From: Squalus acanthias
Lineage: Eukaryota
Direction of reading: 5' to 3'
NCBI GenBank assembly: GCA_030390025.1
Contig: CM059438.1
Location: 59,770,001 to 59,834,000, forward strand
DNA: 64,000 bases
Both the position numbers and the translations under genes were made by a program. Below are positions 45,201 through 60,200 of this stretch, in pieces (the first letter of the stretch is position 1; each line of letters begins with the position of its first letter). Under the pieces are notes generated by a model. The model had not been told where the DNA came from, did no database searches, and worked only from the letters and a program-made list of their open reading frames with translations.

Positions 45201-48200
45201 CATGGGCCCGCAGGGTGAGGTCCCACGGCCCCGCCGGGTGAGGTCACATGGGCCCGCAGGGTGAGGTCACATGGGCCCGCAGGGTGAGGTCACATGGACC
45301 CGCAGGGTGAGGTCCCACGGCCCCGCCGGGTGAGATCACACGGGCCCGCAGGGTGTGGTCACATGGGCCCGCAGGGTGAGGTCACACGGCCCCGCAGGGT
45401 GAGGTCACACGGCCCCGCCGGGTGAGGTCACACGGCCCCGCAGGGTGAGGTCACACGGCCCCGCCGGGTGAGGTCACACGGCCCCGCAGGGTGAGGTCAC
45501 ATGGCCCCGCCGGGTGAGGTCACACGGCCCCGCAGGGTAAGGTCACATGGGCCCGCAGGGTGAGGTCACATTGCCCCGCAGGGTGAGGTCACATGGGCCC
45601 GCAGGGTGAGGTCACACGGGCCCGCAGGGTGAGGTCACACGTCCCCGCAGGGTGAGGTCACACGTCCCCGCAGGGTGAGGTCACACGTCCCCGCAGGGTG
45701 AGGTCACACGGCCCCCGCAGGGTGAGGTCACACGTCCCCGCAGGGTGAGGTCACACGTCCCCGCAGGGTGAGGTCACACGGCCCCGCCGGGTGAGGTCAC
45801 ACGGCCCCGCAGGGTGAGGTCACACGGCCCCTCAGGGTGAGGTCACAGGGGCCCGCAGGGTGAGGTCACACGGGCCTGCAGGGTGAGGTCACATGGTCAC
45901 ACAGGGTGTGGTCACATGGGACCGCAGGGTGAGGTCACATGGCCCCGCAGGGTGAGGTCACGTGGGCCCGCAGGGTGAGGTCACATGGCCACGCAGGGTG
46001 TGGTCACATGGCCATGCAGGGTGTGGTCACATGGCCACGCAGGGTGAGGTCACATGGCCACGCAGGGTGTGGTCACATGGCCATGCAGGGTGAGGTGACA
46101 CGGCCCCGCAGGGTGTGGTCAAATGGCCACGCAGGGTGTGGTCACATGGCCACGCAGGGTGTGGTCACATGGCCATGCAGGGTGAGGTCACATGGGCCCG
46201 CAGGGTGCGGTCACATGGCCACGCAGGGTGTGGTCACATGGCCACGCAGGGTGTGGTCACATGGCCATGCAGGATGAGGTCACATGGGCCCGCAGGGTGT
46301 GGTCACATGGGCCCGCAGGGTGAGGTCACATGGGCCCGCAGGGTGAAGTCACATGGCCCCGCAGGGTGAGGTCACAGGGGCCCGCAGGGTGTGGTCACAT
46401 GGGCCCGCAGGGTGAGGTCACATGGCCACGCAGGGTGAGGTCACATGGGCCCGCAGGGTGAGGTCACATGGCCACGCAGGGTGAGGTCACATGGGCCCGC
46501 AGGGTGAGGTCACATGGCCCCGCAGGGTATGGGCACAAGGGCCCGCAGGGTGAGGTCACATGGGCCCGCAGGGTGAGGTCACATGGCCACGCAGGGTGAG
46601 ATCACATGGGCCCGCAGGGTATGGGCACAAGGGCCCGCAGGGTGAGGTCACATGGGCCCGCAGTGTGCGGTCACATGGGCCCACAGGGTAAGGTCACATG
46701 GGCCCACAGGGTAAGGTCACATGGGCCCACTGGGTAAGGTCACATGGGACGGCAGGGTAAGGTCACATGGGCCCGCAGGGTGAGGTCCCACGGCTCCGCA
46801 GGCTGAGGTCACACGGCCCCGCAGGGTGCGGTCACATGGCCCCACAGCGTGCGGTCACATCGCCCTGCAGGGTGAGGTCACATGGGCTCGCAGGGAGGGG
46901 TCACATGGCCACGCAGGGTAAGGTCACATGTGCCCGCAGGGAGAGGTCACATGGTCCCGCATGGTAAGGTCACAGGGGCCCGCCAGGTGAGGACACATGG
47001 CCACGCAGGGTGTGGTCACATGGCCACGCAGGGTGAGATCACACGGCCCTGCAGGGTGCGGTCACATGGGCTAACAAGGGTAAGGTCACATGGGCCCGCA
47101 GGGTGAGGTCACATGGGCCCGCAGGGTGAGGTCACATGGGTCCACAGGGTAAGGTCACATGGGCCCGCAGGGTGAGGTCACACGTCCCCGCAGGGTGAGG
47201 TCACACGTCCCCGCCGGGTGAGGTCACACGTCCCCGCAGGGTGAGGTCACACAGCCCCGCAGGGTGAGGTCACACGTCCCCGCAGGGTGAGGTCACACGT
47301 CCCCGCAGGGTGAGGTCACACGGCCCTGCCGGGTGAGGTCACACGGCCCCGCAGGGTGAGGTCACACGGCCCCTCAGGGTGAGGTCACAGGGGCCCGCAG
47401 GGTGAGGTCACACGGGCCTGCAGGGTGAGGTCACATGGTCACACAGGGTGTGGTCACATGGGACCGCAGGGTGAGGTCACATGGCCCCGCAGGGTGAGGT
47501 CACGTGGGCCCGCAGGGTGAGGTCACATGGCCACGCAGGGTGTGGTCACATGGCCATGCAGGGTGTGGTCACATGGCCACGCAGGGTGAGGTCACATGGC
47601 CACGCAGGGTGTGGTCACATGGCCATGCAGGGTGAGGTGACACGGCCCCGCAGGGTGTGGTCAAATGGCCACGCAGGGTGTGGTCACATGGCCACGCAGG
47701 GTGTGGTCACATGGCCATGCAGGGTGAGGTCACATGGGCCCGCAGGGTGCGGTCACATGGCCCCGCATGGTGCGGTCACACGGCCCTGCAGGATGAGGTC
47801 ACATGGGCCCGCAGGGTGTGGTCACATGGGCCCGCAGGGTGAGGTCACATGGGCCCGCAGGGTGAAGTCACATGGCCCCGCAGGGTGAGGTCACAGGGGC
47901 CCGCAGGGTGTGGTCACATGGGCCCGCAGGGTGAGGTCACATGGCCACGCAGGGTGAGGTCACATGGGCCCGCAGGGTGAGGTCACATGGCCACGCAGGG
48001 TGAGGTCACATGGGCCCGCAGGGTGAGGTCACATGGCCCCGCAGGGTATGGGCACAAGGGCCCGCAGGGTGAGATCACATGGGCCCGCAGGGTATGGGCA
48101 CAAGGGCCCGCAGGGTGAGGTCACATGGGCCCGCAGTGTGCGGTCACATGGGCCCACAGGGTAAGGTCACATGGGCCCACAGGGTAAGGTCACATGGGCC

Positions 48201-51200
48201 CACTGGGTAAGGTCACATGGGACGGCAGGGTAAGGTCACATGGGCCCGCAGGGTGAGGTCCCACGGCTCCGCAGGCTGAGGTCACACGGCCCCGCAGGGT
48301 GCGGTCACATGGCCCCACAGCGTGCGGTCACATCGCCCTGCAGGGTGAGGTCACATGGGCTCGCAGGGAGGGGTCACATGGCCACGCAGGGTAAGGTCAC
48401 ATGTGCCCGCAGGGAGAGGTCACATGGTCCCGCATGGTAAGGTCACAGGGGCCCGCCAGGTGAGGACACATGGCCACGCAGGGTGTGGTCACATGGCCAC
48501 GCAGGGTGAGATCACACGGCCCTGCAGGGTGCGGTCACATGGGCTAACAAGGGTAAGGTCACATGTGCCCGCAGGGTGAGGTCACATGGGCCCGCAGGGT
48601 GAGGTCACATGGGTCCACAGGGTAAGGTCACATGGGCCCGCAGGGTGAGGTCACATGGGTCCGCAGGGTGAGGTCACATGGGCCCGTAGGGTGAGCTCAC
48701 ATGGCCCCACAGCGTAAGGTCACATGGGCCCGCAGGATGAGGTCACACGGCCCCACAGCATAAGGTCACATGGGCCCACAGGGTGAGGTCACATGGGCCC
48801 GCAGCGTGAGGTCAAATGGCCCTGCAGGGTGTGGTCACATGGGCCGCAGGGTGAGGTCACATGGCCCGCAGGGTGCGGTCACATGACCCTGCAGGGTGCG
48901 GTCACATGACCCTGCAGGGTGCGGTCACATGGGCCGCAGGGTGAGGTCACATGGCCCGCAGGGTGCGGTCACATGACCCTGCAGGGTGCGGTCACATGAC
49001 CCTGCAGGGTGTGGTCACATGGGCCGCAGGGTGAGGTCACATGGCCCGCAGGGTGAGGTCACATGGCCCGCAGGGTGCGGTCACATGACCCTGCAGGGTG
49101 CGGTCACATGGCCCCACAGGGTGCGGTCACATGGGCCCGCAGAGTGCGGTCAGATGGCCACGCAGGGTGAGGTCACAAGGCCCCGCAGGGTGAGGTCACA
49201 GGACCCCGCAGGGTGAGGTCACATGGGCCCGCAGGGTGAGGTCACATGGCCACGCAGGGTGCGGTCACATGGGCCCGCAGGGTGTGGTCACATGGCCACT
49301 CATGGTGTGGTCACATGTACCCGCAGGGTGTGGTGACATGGCCACACATGGTGAGGTCACATGGCCCCGCAGGGTGAGGTCACATGGGCCCGCAGGGTAA
49401 GGTCACATGGCCATGCAGGGTGCGGTCATATGGGCCCGCAGGTTGAGGTCACATGGCCCCGCAGAGTGTGGTCACATGGCCACACAGTGTGAGGTCACAT
49501 GGGCCCGCAGGGTGAGATCACATGGGCCCGCAGGGTGAGGTCACATGGGCCCGCAGGGTGAGATCACATGGGCCCGCAGGGTGAGGTCACATGGGCCCGC
49601 AAGGTGAGGTCACATGGCCACGCATGGTGAGGTCACATGGCCCCGCAGGGTGAGGTCACATGGCCCCGCAGGGTGAGGTCACATGGCCCCGCAGGGTGAG
49701 GTCACATGGACCCACAGGGTTAGGTCACATTGGCCCACAGGGTGCGGTCACACGGGCCCACAAGGGTAAGGTCGCATGGACCCGCAGGGTGAGGTCCCAC
49801 GGCCCCGCCGGGTGAGATCACACGGGCCCGCAGGGTGAGGTCACATGGGCCCGCAGGGTGAGGTCACATGGGCCCACAGGGTGAGGTCCCACGGCCCCGC
49901 CGGGTGAGATCACACGGGCCCGCATGGTGAGATCACATGGGCCCGCAGGGTGAGGTCACATGGGCCCGCAGGGTGAGGTCACATGGGCCCGCAGGGTGAG
50001 GTCCCACGGCCCCGCCGGGTGAGATCACACGGGCCCGCATGGTGAGGTCACATGGCCCCGCAGGGTGAGGTCACATGGCCCCGCAGGGTGAGGTCACATG
50101 GCCCCGCAGGGTGAGGTCACATGGGCCCACAGGGTTAGGTCACATTGGCCCACAGGGTGCGGTCACACGGCCCCGCAGGGTGAGGTCACATGGGCCCGCA
50201 GGGTGAGGTCACATGGGCCCACAGGGTGAGATCACACGGGCCCGCAGGGTGAGGTCACACGGGCCCGCAGGGTGAGGTCACACGGGCCCGCAGGGTGAGG
50301 TCCCACGGCCCCGCCGGGTGAGATCACACGGGCCCGCAGGGTAAGGTCACACGGGCCCGCAGGGTGAGGTCACATGGCCCCGCAGGGTGAGGTCACACGG
50401 CCCCGCCGGGTGAGGTCACACGGCCCCGCAGGGTGAGGTCACACGGCCCCTCAGGGTGAGGTCACAGGGGCCCGCAGGGTGAGGTCACAGGGGCCCGCAG
50501 GGTGAGGTCACAGGGGCCCGCAGGGTGAGGTCACAGGGGCCCGCAGGGTGAGGTCACATGGGCCCGCAGGGTGAGGTCACAAGGGCCCGCAGGTGAGGTC
50601 ACATGGGCCCGCAGGGTGAGGTCACACGGCCCCGCAGGGTGTGGTCACATGGCCACGCAGGGTGAGGTCACATTGGCCCGCAAGGTGAGGTCACACGGCT
50701 CCGCAGAGTGTTGTCACATGGCCACGCAGTGTGAGGTCACATGGGCCCGCAGGGTGAGGTCACATGGCCACGCAGGGTGAGATCACATGGGCCCGCAGGG
50801 TGAGATCACATGGGCCCGCAGGGTGAGGTCACATGGGCCCGCAAGGTGAGGTCACACAGCCACGCATGGTGAGGTCACATGGCCCCGCAGGGTGAGGTCA
50901 CATGGGCCCGCAGGGTGAGGTCACATGGCCATGCATGGTGATGTCACACGGCCTCGCAGGGTGCGGTCACATGGGCCCGCAGGGTGTGGTCACATGGGCC
51001 CGCAGGGTGAGTTCACATGGCCCCGCAGGGTGCGGTCACATGGGCCCGCAGGGTGTGGTCACATGGCACCGCAGGGTAAGGTCACATTGGCCCACAGGGT
51101 GCGGTCACATGGGCCCACAAGGGTGAGGTCACACGGCCCCGCAGGGTGAGGTCACACGGCCCCGCAGGGTGTGGTCACATGGGCCCGCAGGGTGTGGTCA

Positions 51201-54200
51201 CACGGCCCCGCAGGGTGAGGTCACATGGCCCCGCCGGGTGAGGTCACACGGCCCCGCAGGGTGAGGTCACATGTCCCCGCAGGGTGAGGTCACATGGCCA
51301 CGCAGTGTGAGGTCACATGGGCCCACAAGGGTGAGGTCACACGGCCCCGCAGGGTGAGGTCACACGGCCCCGCAGGGTGAGGTCACATGGCCCCGCCGGG
51401 TGAGGTCACACGGCCCCGCAGGGTGAGGTCACATGTCCCCGCAGGGTGAGGTCACATGGCCCCGCAGGGTGAGGTCACACATCCCCGCAGGGTGCGGTCA
51501 CATGGCCCCACAGCGTGAGGTCACATAGGCTCGCAGGGTAAGCTCACACGGGCCCGCAGGGTAAGGTCACACGGCCCCTCAGGGTGAGGTCACATGGCCA
51601 CGCTGGGTGAGGTCACACGGGCCCACAGGGTGAGGTCACAGGGGCCCGCAGGGTGAGGTCACACGGCCCCGCAGGGTGAGGTCACACGGGCCAGCAGGGT
51701 AAGGTCACACGTCCCCGCAGGGTGCGGTCACACGTCCCCGCAGGGTGCGGTCACACGGGCCCGGAGGGTAAGGTCACATGGGCCCGCAGGGTGAGGTCAC
51801 AGGTCCCCGCAGGGTGAGGTCACACGTCCCCGCAGGGTGCGGTCACACGTCCCCGCAGGGTGAGGTCACATGGGTCCACAGGGCAAGGTCACATGGGCCC
51901 GCAGGGTGAGGTCACACAGCCCCGCAAGGTGAGGTCACACGTCCCCGCAGGGTGAGGTCACACGTCCCCGCAGGGTGAGGTCACACGTCCCCGCAGGGTG
52001 AGGTCACATGGGTCCACAGGGTAAGGTCACATGGGCCCGCAGGGTGAGGTCACATGGGTCCGCATGGTGAGGTCACATGGGCCCGTAGGGTGAGCTCACA
52101 TGGCCCCACAGCGTAAGGTCACATGGGCCCGCAGGATGAGGTCACACGGCCCCACAGCATAAGGTCACATGGGCCCACAGGGTGAGGTCACATGGGCCCA
52201 CAGCGTGAGGTCAAATGGCCCTGCAGGGTGTGGTCACATGGGCCGCAGGGTGAGGTCACATGGCCCGCAGGGTGCGGTCACATGACCCTGAAGGGTGCGG
52301 TCACATGGCCCCACAGGGTGCGGTCACATGGGCCCGCAGAGTGCGGTCAGATGGCCACGCAGGGTGAGGTCACAAGGCCCCGCAGGGTGAGGTCACAGGA
52401 CCCCGCAGGGTGAGGTCACATGGGCCCGCAGGGTGAGGTCACATGGCCACGCAGGGTGCGGTCACATGGGCCCGCCGGGTGTGGTCACATGGCCACTCAT
52501 GGTGTGGTCACATGTACCCGCAGGGTGTGGTGACATGGCCACACATGGTGAGGTCACATGGCCCCGCAGAGTGTGGTCACATGGCCACGCAGTGTGAGGT
52601 CACATGGGCCTGCAGGGTGAGGTCACATGGGCCCGAAGGGTGAGATCACATGGGCCCGCAGGGTGAGGTCACATGGGCCCGCAGGGTGAGATCACATGGG
52701 CCCGCAGGGTGAGGTCACATGGGCCCGCAAGGTGAGGTCACATGGCCACGCATGGTGAGGTCACATGGCCCCGCAGGGTGAGGTCACATGGCCCCGCAGG
52801 GTGAGGTCACATGGCCCCGCAGGGTGAGGTCACATGGGCCCACAGGGTTAGGTCACATTGGCCCACAGGGTGCGGTCACACGGGCCCACAAGGGTAAGGT
52901 CGCATGGACCCGCAGGGTGAGGTCCCACGGCCCCGCCGGGTGAGGTCACATGGCCCCGCCGGGTGAGGTCACATGGGCCCGCAGGGTGAGATCACATGGG
53001 CCCGCAGGGTGAGGTCACATGGGCCCGCAAGGTGAGGTCACATGGCCACGCATGGTGAGGTCACATGGCCCCGCAGGGTGAGGTCACATGGCCCCGCTTG
53101 GTGAGGTCACATGGCCCCGCAGGGTGAGGTCACATGGGCCCACAGGGTTAGGTCACATTGGCCCACAGGGTGCGGTCACACGGGCCCACAAGGGTAAGGT
53201 CGCATGGACCCGCAGGGTGAGGTCCCACGGCCCCGCCGGGTGAGATCACACGGGCCCGCAGGGTGAGGTCACATGGGCCCGCAGGGTGAGGTCACATGGG
53301 CCCGCAGGGTGAGGTCCCACGGCCCCGCCGGGTGAGATCACACGGGCCCGCAGGGTGAGGTCACATGGGCCCGCAGGGTGAGGTCACATGGGCCCGCAGG
53401 GTGAGGTCCCACGGCCCCGCCGGGTGAGATCACATGGGCCCGCAGGGTGAGGTCACATGGGCCCGCAGGGTGAGGTCACATGGGCCCGCAGGGTGAGGTC
53501 ACATGGACCCGCAGGGTGAGGTCCCACGGGCCCGCCGGGTGAGATCACACGGGCCCGCAGGGTGAGGTCACATGGGCCCGCAGGGTGAGGTCACATGGGC
53601 CCGCAGGGTGAGGTCCCACGGCCCCGCCGGGTGAGATCACATGGGCCCGCAGGGTGAGGTCACATGGGCCCGCAGGGTGAGGTCACATGGGCCCGCAGGG
53701 TGAGGTCACATGGGCCCGCAGGGTGAGGTCACATGGGCCCGCCGGGTGAGATCACATGGGCCCGCAGGGTGAGGTCACATGGGCCCGCAGGGTGAGGTCA
53801 CATGGACCCGCAGGGAGAGGTCACACGGCCCCGCAGGGTGAGGTCACACGGCCCCGCAGGGTGAGGTCACATGGCCCCGCCGGGTGAGGTCACACGGCCC
53901 CGCAGGGTGAGGTCACACGTCCCCGCAGGGTGAGGTCACATGGCCCCGCCGGGTGAGGTCACACGGCCCCGCATGGTAAGGTCACATGGGCCCGCAGGGT
54001 GAGGTCACACAGCCCCGCAGGGTGAGGTCACACGTCCCCGCAGGGTGAGGTCACACGTCCCCGCAGGGTGAGGTCACATGGCCCCGCCGGGGGAGGTCAC
54101 ATGGCCCCGCAGGGTGAGGTCACACGGCCCCGCCGGGTGAGGTCACACGGCCCCGCAGGGTGAGGTCACACGGCCCCGCAGGGTGAGGTCACACGGCCCC

Positions 54201-57200
54201 TCAGGGTGAGGTCACAGGGGCCCACAGGGTGAGGTCACATGGGCCCGCAGGGTGAGGTCACATGGGCCCGCAGGGTGAGGTCACAAGGGCCCGCAGGTGA
54301 GGTCACATGGGCCCGCAGGGTGAGGTCACACGGCCCCGCAGGGTGTGGTCACATGGCCACTCATGGTGTGGTCACATGTACCCGCAGGGTGTGGTCACAT
54401 GGCCACACATGGTGAGGTCACACGGCCATGCAGGGTGTGGTCACATGAGCCCGCAGGGTGAGGTCACATGGCCACGCAGGGTGTGGTCACATTGGCCCGC
54501 AGTGTGCGGTCACATAGGCCCGCAAGTTGAGGTCACATGGCCCCGCAGGGTGTGGTCACATGAGCCCGCAAGGTGAGGTCACACGGCTCCGCAGAGTGTT
54601 GTCACATGGCCACGCAGTGTGAGGTCACATGAGCCCGCAGGGTGAGGTCACATGGGCCCGCAGGGTGAGGTCACATGGCCACGCAGGGTGAGATCACATG
54701 GGCCCGCAGGGTGAGGTCACATGGCCCCGCAGGGTGAGGTCACATGGGCCCGCAGGGTGCGGTCACATGGGCCCGCAGGGTGTGGTCACATGGCACCACA
54801 GGGTAAGGTCACATTGGCCCACAGGGTGCGGTCACATGGGCCCACAAGGGTGAGGTCACACGGGCCCGCAGGGTAAGGTCACACGGCCCCTCAGGGTGAG
54901 GTCACATGGCCACGCTGGGTGAGGTCACACGGGCCCACAGGGTGAGGTCACAGGGGCCCGCAGGGTGAGGTCACACGGCCCCGCAGGGTGAGGTCACACG
55001 GGCCCGCAGGGTGAGGTCACACGTCCCCGCAGGGTGCGGTCACACAGCCCCGCAGGGTGAGGTCACATGGGCCCGCAGGGTGAGGTCACACGGCCCCGCA
55101 GGGTGAGGTCACACGTCCCCGCAGGGTGAGGTCACACGTCCCTGCAGGGTGCGGTCACATGGCCCCGCAGGGTGAGGTCACACGGCCCCGCCGGGGGAGG
55201 TCACATGGCCCCGCAGGGTGAGGTCACATGGCCCCGCCGTGTGAGGTCACATGGCCCCGCAGGGTGAGGTCACACGGCCCCTCAGGGTGAGGTCACAGGG
55301 ACCCGCAGGGTGAGGTCACACGGTTCCGCAGGGTGAGGTCACATGGGCCCGCAGGGTGAGGTCACAGGGGCCCGCAGGGTGAGGTCACAGGGGCCCGCAG
55401 GGTGAGGTCACATGGGCCCGCAGGGTGAGGTCACAAGGGCCCGCAGGTGAGGTCACATGGGCCCGCAGGGTGAGGTCACACGGCCCCGCAGGGTGTGGTC
55501 ACATGGCCACTCATGGTGTTGTCACATGTACCCGCAGGGTGTGGTCACATGGCCACACATGGTGAGGTCACACGGCCATGCAGGGTGTGGTCACATGAGC
55601 CCGCAGGGTGAGGTCACATGGCCACGCAGGGTGTGGTCACATTGGCCCGCAGTGTGCGGTCACATGGGCCCGCAAGGTGAGGTCACACGGCTCCGCAGAG
55701 TGTTGTCACATGGCCACGCAGTGTGAGGTCACATGAGCCCGCAGGGTGAGGTCACATGGGCCCGCAGGGTGAGGTCACATGGCCACGCAGGGTGAGATCA
55801 CATGGGCCCGCAGGGTGAGGTCACATGGGCCCGCAAGGTGAGGTCACACAGCCACGCATGGTGAGGTCACATGGCCCCGCAGGGTGAGGTCACATGGGCC
55901 CGCAGGGTGAGGTCACACGGCCATGCATGGTGATGTCACACGGCCTCGCAGGGTGCGGTCACATGGGCCCGCAGGGTGTGGTCACATGGGCCCGCAGGGT
56001 GTGGTCACATGGGCCCGCATGGTGAGGTCACATGGGCCCGCAGGGTGTGGTCACATGGGCCCGCATGGTGAGGTCACATGGCCCCGCAGGGTGCGGTCAC
56101 ATGGGCCCGCAGGGTGAGGTCACACGGCCATGCATGGTGAGGTCACACGGCCTCGCAGGGTGTGGTCACATGGGCCCGCAGGGTGAGTTCACATGGCCCC
56201 GCAGGGTGCGGTCACATGGGCCCGCAGGGTGTGGTCACATGGCACCACAGGGTAAGGTCACATTGGCCCACAAGGGTGAGGTCACACGGCCCCGCAGGGT
56301 GAGGTCACACGGCCCCGCAGGGTGAGGTCACATGGCCCCGCCGGGTGAGGTCACACGGCCCCGCAGGGTGAGGTCACATGTCCCCGCAGGGTGAGGTCAC
56401 ATGGCCCCGCAGGGTGAGGTCACACATCCCCGCAGGGTGCGGTCACATGGCCCCACAGCGTGAGGTCACATAGGCTCGCAGGGTAAGCTCACACGGGCCC
56501 GCAGGGTAAGGTCACACGGCCCCTCAGGGTGAGGTCACATGGCCACGCTGGGTGAGGTCACACGGGCCCACAGGATGAGGTCACAGGGGCCCGCAGGGTG
56601 AGGTTACACGGCCCCGCAGGGTGAGGTCACACGGGCCCGCAGGGTGAGGTCACAGGGGCCCGCAGGGTGAGGTTACACGGCCCCGCAGGGTGAGGTCACA
56701 CAGCCCCGCAGGGTGAGGTCACACGGGCCCGCAGGGTGAGGTCACACAGCCCCGCAGGGTGAGGTCACACGTCCCCGCAGGGTGAGGTCACACGTCCCTG
56801 CAGGGTGCGGTCACATGGCCCCGCAGGGTGAGGTCACACGGCCCCGCCGGGGGAGGTCACATGGCCCCGCAGGGTGAGGTCACATGGCCCCGCCGTGTGA
56901 GGTCACATGGCCCCGCAGGGTGAGGTCACACGGCCCCTCAGGGTGAGGTCACAGGGACCCGCAGGGTGAGGTCACACGGGCCCGCAGGGTGAGGTCACAT
57001 GGGCCCGCAGGGTGAGGTCACAGGGGCCCGCAGGGTGAGGTCACATGGGCCCGCAGGGTGAGGTCACAAGGGCCCGCAGGTGAGGTCACATGGGCCCGCA
57101 GGGTGAGGTCACACGGCCCCGCAGGGTGTGGTCACATGGCCACTCATGGTGTGGTCACATGTCCCCGCAGGGTGTGGTCACATGGCCACACATGGTGAGG

Positions 57201-60200
57201 TCACACGGCCATGCAGGGTGTGGTCACATGAACCCGCAGGGTGAGGTCACATGGCCACGCAGGGTGTGGTCACATGGGCCCGCAGTGTGCGGTCACATGG
57301 GCCCGCAAGGTGAGGTCACACGGCCCCGCAGGGTGAGGTCACACGGCCTCGCAGGGTAAGGTCACATGGGCCCGCAGGTTGAGGTCACATTGGCCCGCAG
57401 GGTGAGGTCACATGGCCCCGCAGAGTGTTGTCACATGGCCACGCAGAGTGAGGTCACATGAGCCCGCAGGGTGAGGTCACATGGGCCCGCAGGGTGAGGT
57501 CACATGGCCACGCAGGGTGAGATCACATGGGCCCGCAGGGTGAGGTCCCAGGCCCCGCCGGGTGAGATCACATGGGCCCGCAGGGTGAGGTCACACGGCC
57601 CCGCAGGTTGAGGTCACATGGCCCCGCCGGGTGAGGTCACACGGCCCCGCAGGGTGAGGTCACACGTCCCCGCAGGTTGAGGTCACATGGCCCCGCCGGG
57701 TGAGGTCACACGGCCCCGCAGGGTGAGGTCACACGTCCCCGCAGGGTGAGGTCACAGGGGCCCGCAGGGTGAGGTCACACGGCCCCGCAGGGTGAGGTCA
57801 CACGGGCCCGCAGGGTAAGGTCACACGTCCCCACAGGGTGAGGTCACAGGGGCCCGCAGGGTGAGGTCACACGGCCCCACAGGGTGAGGTCACAGGGGCC
57901 CGCAGGGTGAGGTCACACGGCCCCACAGGGTGAGGTCACAGGGGCCCGCAGGGTGAGGTCACACGGCCCCGCAGGGTGAGGTCACACGTCCCCGCAGGGT
58001 GCGGTCACACGGGCCCGCAGGGTAAGGTCACATGGGCCCGCAGGGTGAGGTCACAGGTCCCCGCAGGGTGAGGTCACACGGCCCCGCAGGGTGAGGTCAC
58101 ACGTCCCCGCAGGGTGCGGTCACACGGGCCCGCAGGGTAAGGTCACCTGGGCCCGCAGGGTGAGGTCACACAGCCCCGCAAGGTGAGGTCACACGTCCCC
58201 GCAGGGTGAGGTCACATGGCCCCGCAGGGTGAGGTCACACGGCCCCTCAGGGTGAGGTCACAGGGGCCCGCAGGGCGAGGTCACACGGCCCCGCAGGGTG
58301 AGGTCACACGGCCCCGCAGGGTGAGCTCACACGGCCCCTCAGGGTGAGGTCACAGGGGCCCGCAGGGTGAGGTCACATGGGCCCGCAGGGTGAGGTCACA
58401 TGGGCCCGCAGGGTGAGGTCACAGGGGCCCGCAGGGTGAGGTCACAGGGGCCCTCAGGGTGAGGTCACATGGGCCCGCAGGGTGAGGTCACAAGGGCCCG
58501 CAGGTGAGGTCACATGGGCCCGCAGGGTGAGGTCACAAGGGCCCGCAGGTGAGGTCACATGGGCCCGCAGGGTGAGGTCACACGGCCCCGCAGGGTGTGG
58601 TCACATGGCCACTCATGGTGTGGTCACATGTACCCGCAGGGTGTGGTCACATGGCCACACATGGTGAGGTCACACGGCCATGCAGGGTGTGGTCACATGA
58701 GCCCGCAGGGTGAGGTCACATGGCCACGCAGGGTGTGGTCACATTGTACCACAGTGTGCGGTCACATGGGCCCGCAAGGTGAGGTCACACGGCCCCACAG
58801 GGTGAGGTCACACGGCCTCGCAGGTTGCGGTCACATGGGCCCGCAGGGTAAGGTCACATGGGCCCGCAAGGTGAGGTCACATTGGCCCGCAGGGTGAGGT
58901 CACATGGCCCCGCAGAGTGTTGTCACATGGCCACGCAGTGTGAGGTCACATGAGCCCGCAGGGTGAGGTCACATGGGCCCGCAGGGTGAGGTCACATGGC
59001 CATGCAGGGTGAGATCACATGGGCCCGCAGGGTGAGGTCACATGGGCCCGCAAGGTGAGGTCACACAGCCACGCATGGTGAGGTCACATGGCCCCGCAGG
59101 GTGCGGTCACATGGGCCCGCAGGGTGAGGTCACATGGCCATGCATGGTGATGTCACACGGCCTCGCAGGGTGTGGTCACATTGGCCCACAGGGTGAGGTC
59201 ACATGGGCCCGCAGGGTGAGGTCACATGGGCCCGCAGGGTGAGGTCACAGGGGCCCGCAGGGTGCGGTCACAGGGGCCCACAGGGTGAGGTCACATGGGC
59301 CCGCAGGGTGAGGTCACAAGGGCCCGCAGGTGAGGTCACATGGGCCCGCAGGGTGAGGTCACAAGGGCCCGCAGGTGAGGTCACATGGGCCCGCAGGGTG
59401 AGGTCACACGGCCCCGCAGGGTGTGGTCACATGGCCACTCATGGTGTGGTCACATGTACCCGCAGGGTGTGGTCACATGGCCACACATGGTGAGGTCACA
59501 CGGCCATGCAGGGTGTGGTCACATGAGCCCGCAGGGTGAGGTCACATGGCCACGCAGGGTGTGGTCACATTGTACCGCAGTGTGCGGTCACATGGGCCCG
59601 CAAGGTGAGGTCACACGGCCCCACAGGGTGAGGTCACACGGCCTCGCAGGTTGCGGTCACATGGGCCCGCAGGGTAAGGTCACATGGGCCCGCAAGGTGA
59701 GGTCACATTGGCCCGCAGGGTGAGGTCACATGGCCCCGCAGAGTGTTGTCACATGGCCACGCAGTGTGAGGTCACATGAGCCCGCAGGGTGAGGTCACAT
59801 GGGCCCGCAGGGTGAGGTCACATGGCCATGCAGGGTGAGATCACATGGGCCCGCAGGGTGAGGTCACATGGGCCCGCAGGGTGAGGTCACATGGCCATGC
59901 ATGGTGAGGTCACATGGCCCCGCAGGGTAAGGTCACATGGGCCCGCAGGGTGAGGTCACATGGGTCCGCAGGGTGCGGTCACATTGGCACGCAGGGTAAG
60001 GTCACATGGGCCCGCAGGGTGAGGTCACACGGCCCCGCCGGGTGAGGTCACATGGGCCCGCAGGGTGAGGTCACACGGCCCCGCAGGGTGAGGTCACACG
60101 GCCCCACAGCGTAAGGTCACATGGCCCTGCAAGGTAAGGTCACATGGCCTCGCAGGGTGAGGACACATGGCCCCGCAGGGTAAGGTCACATGGCCCTGCA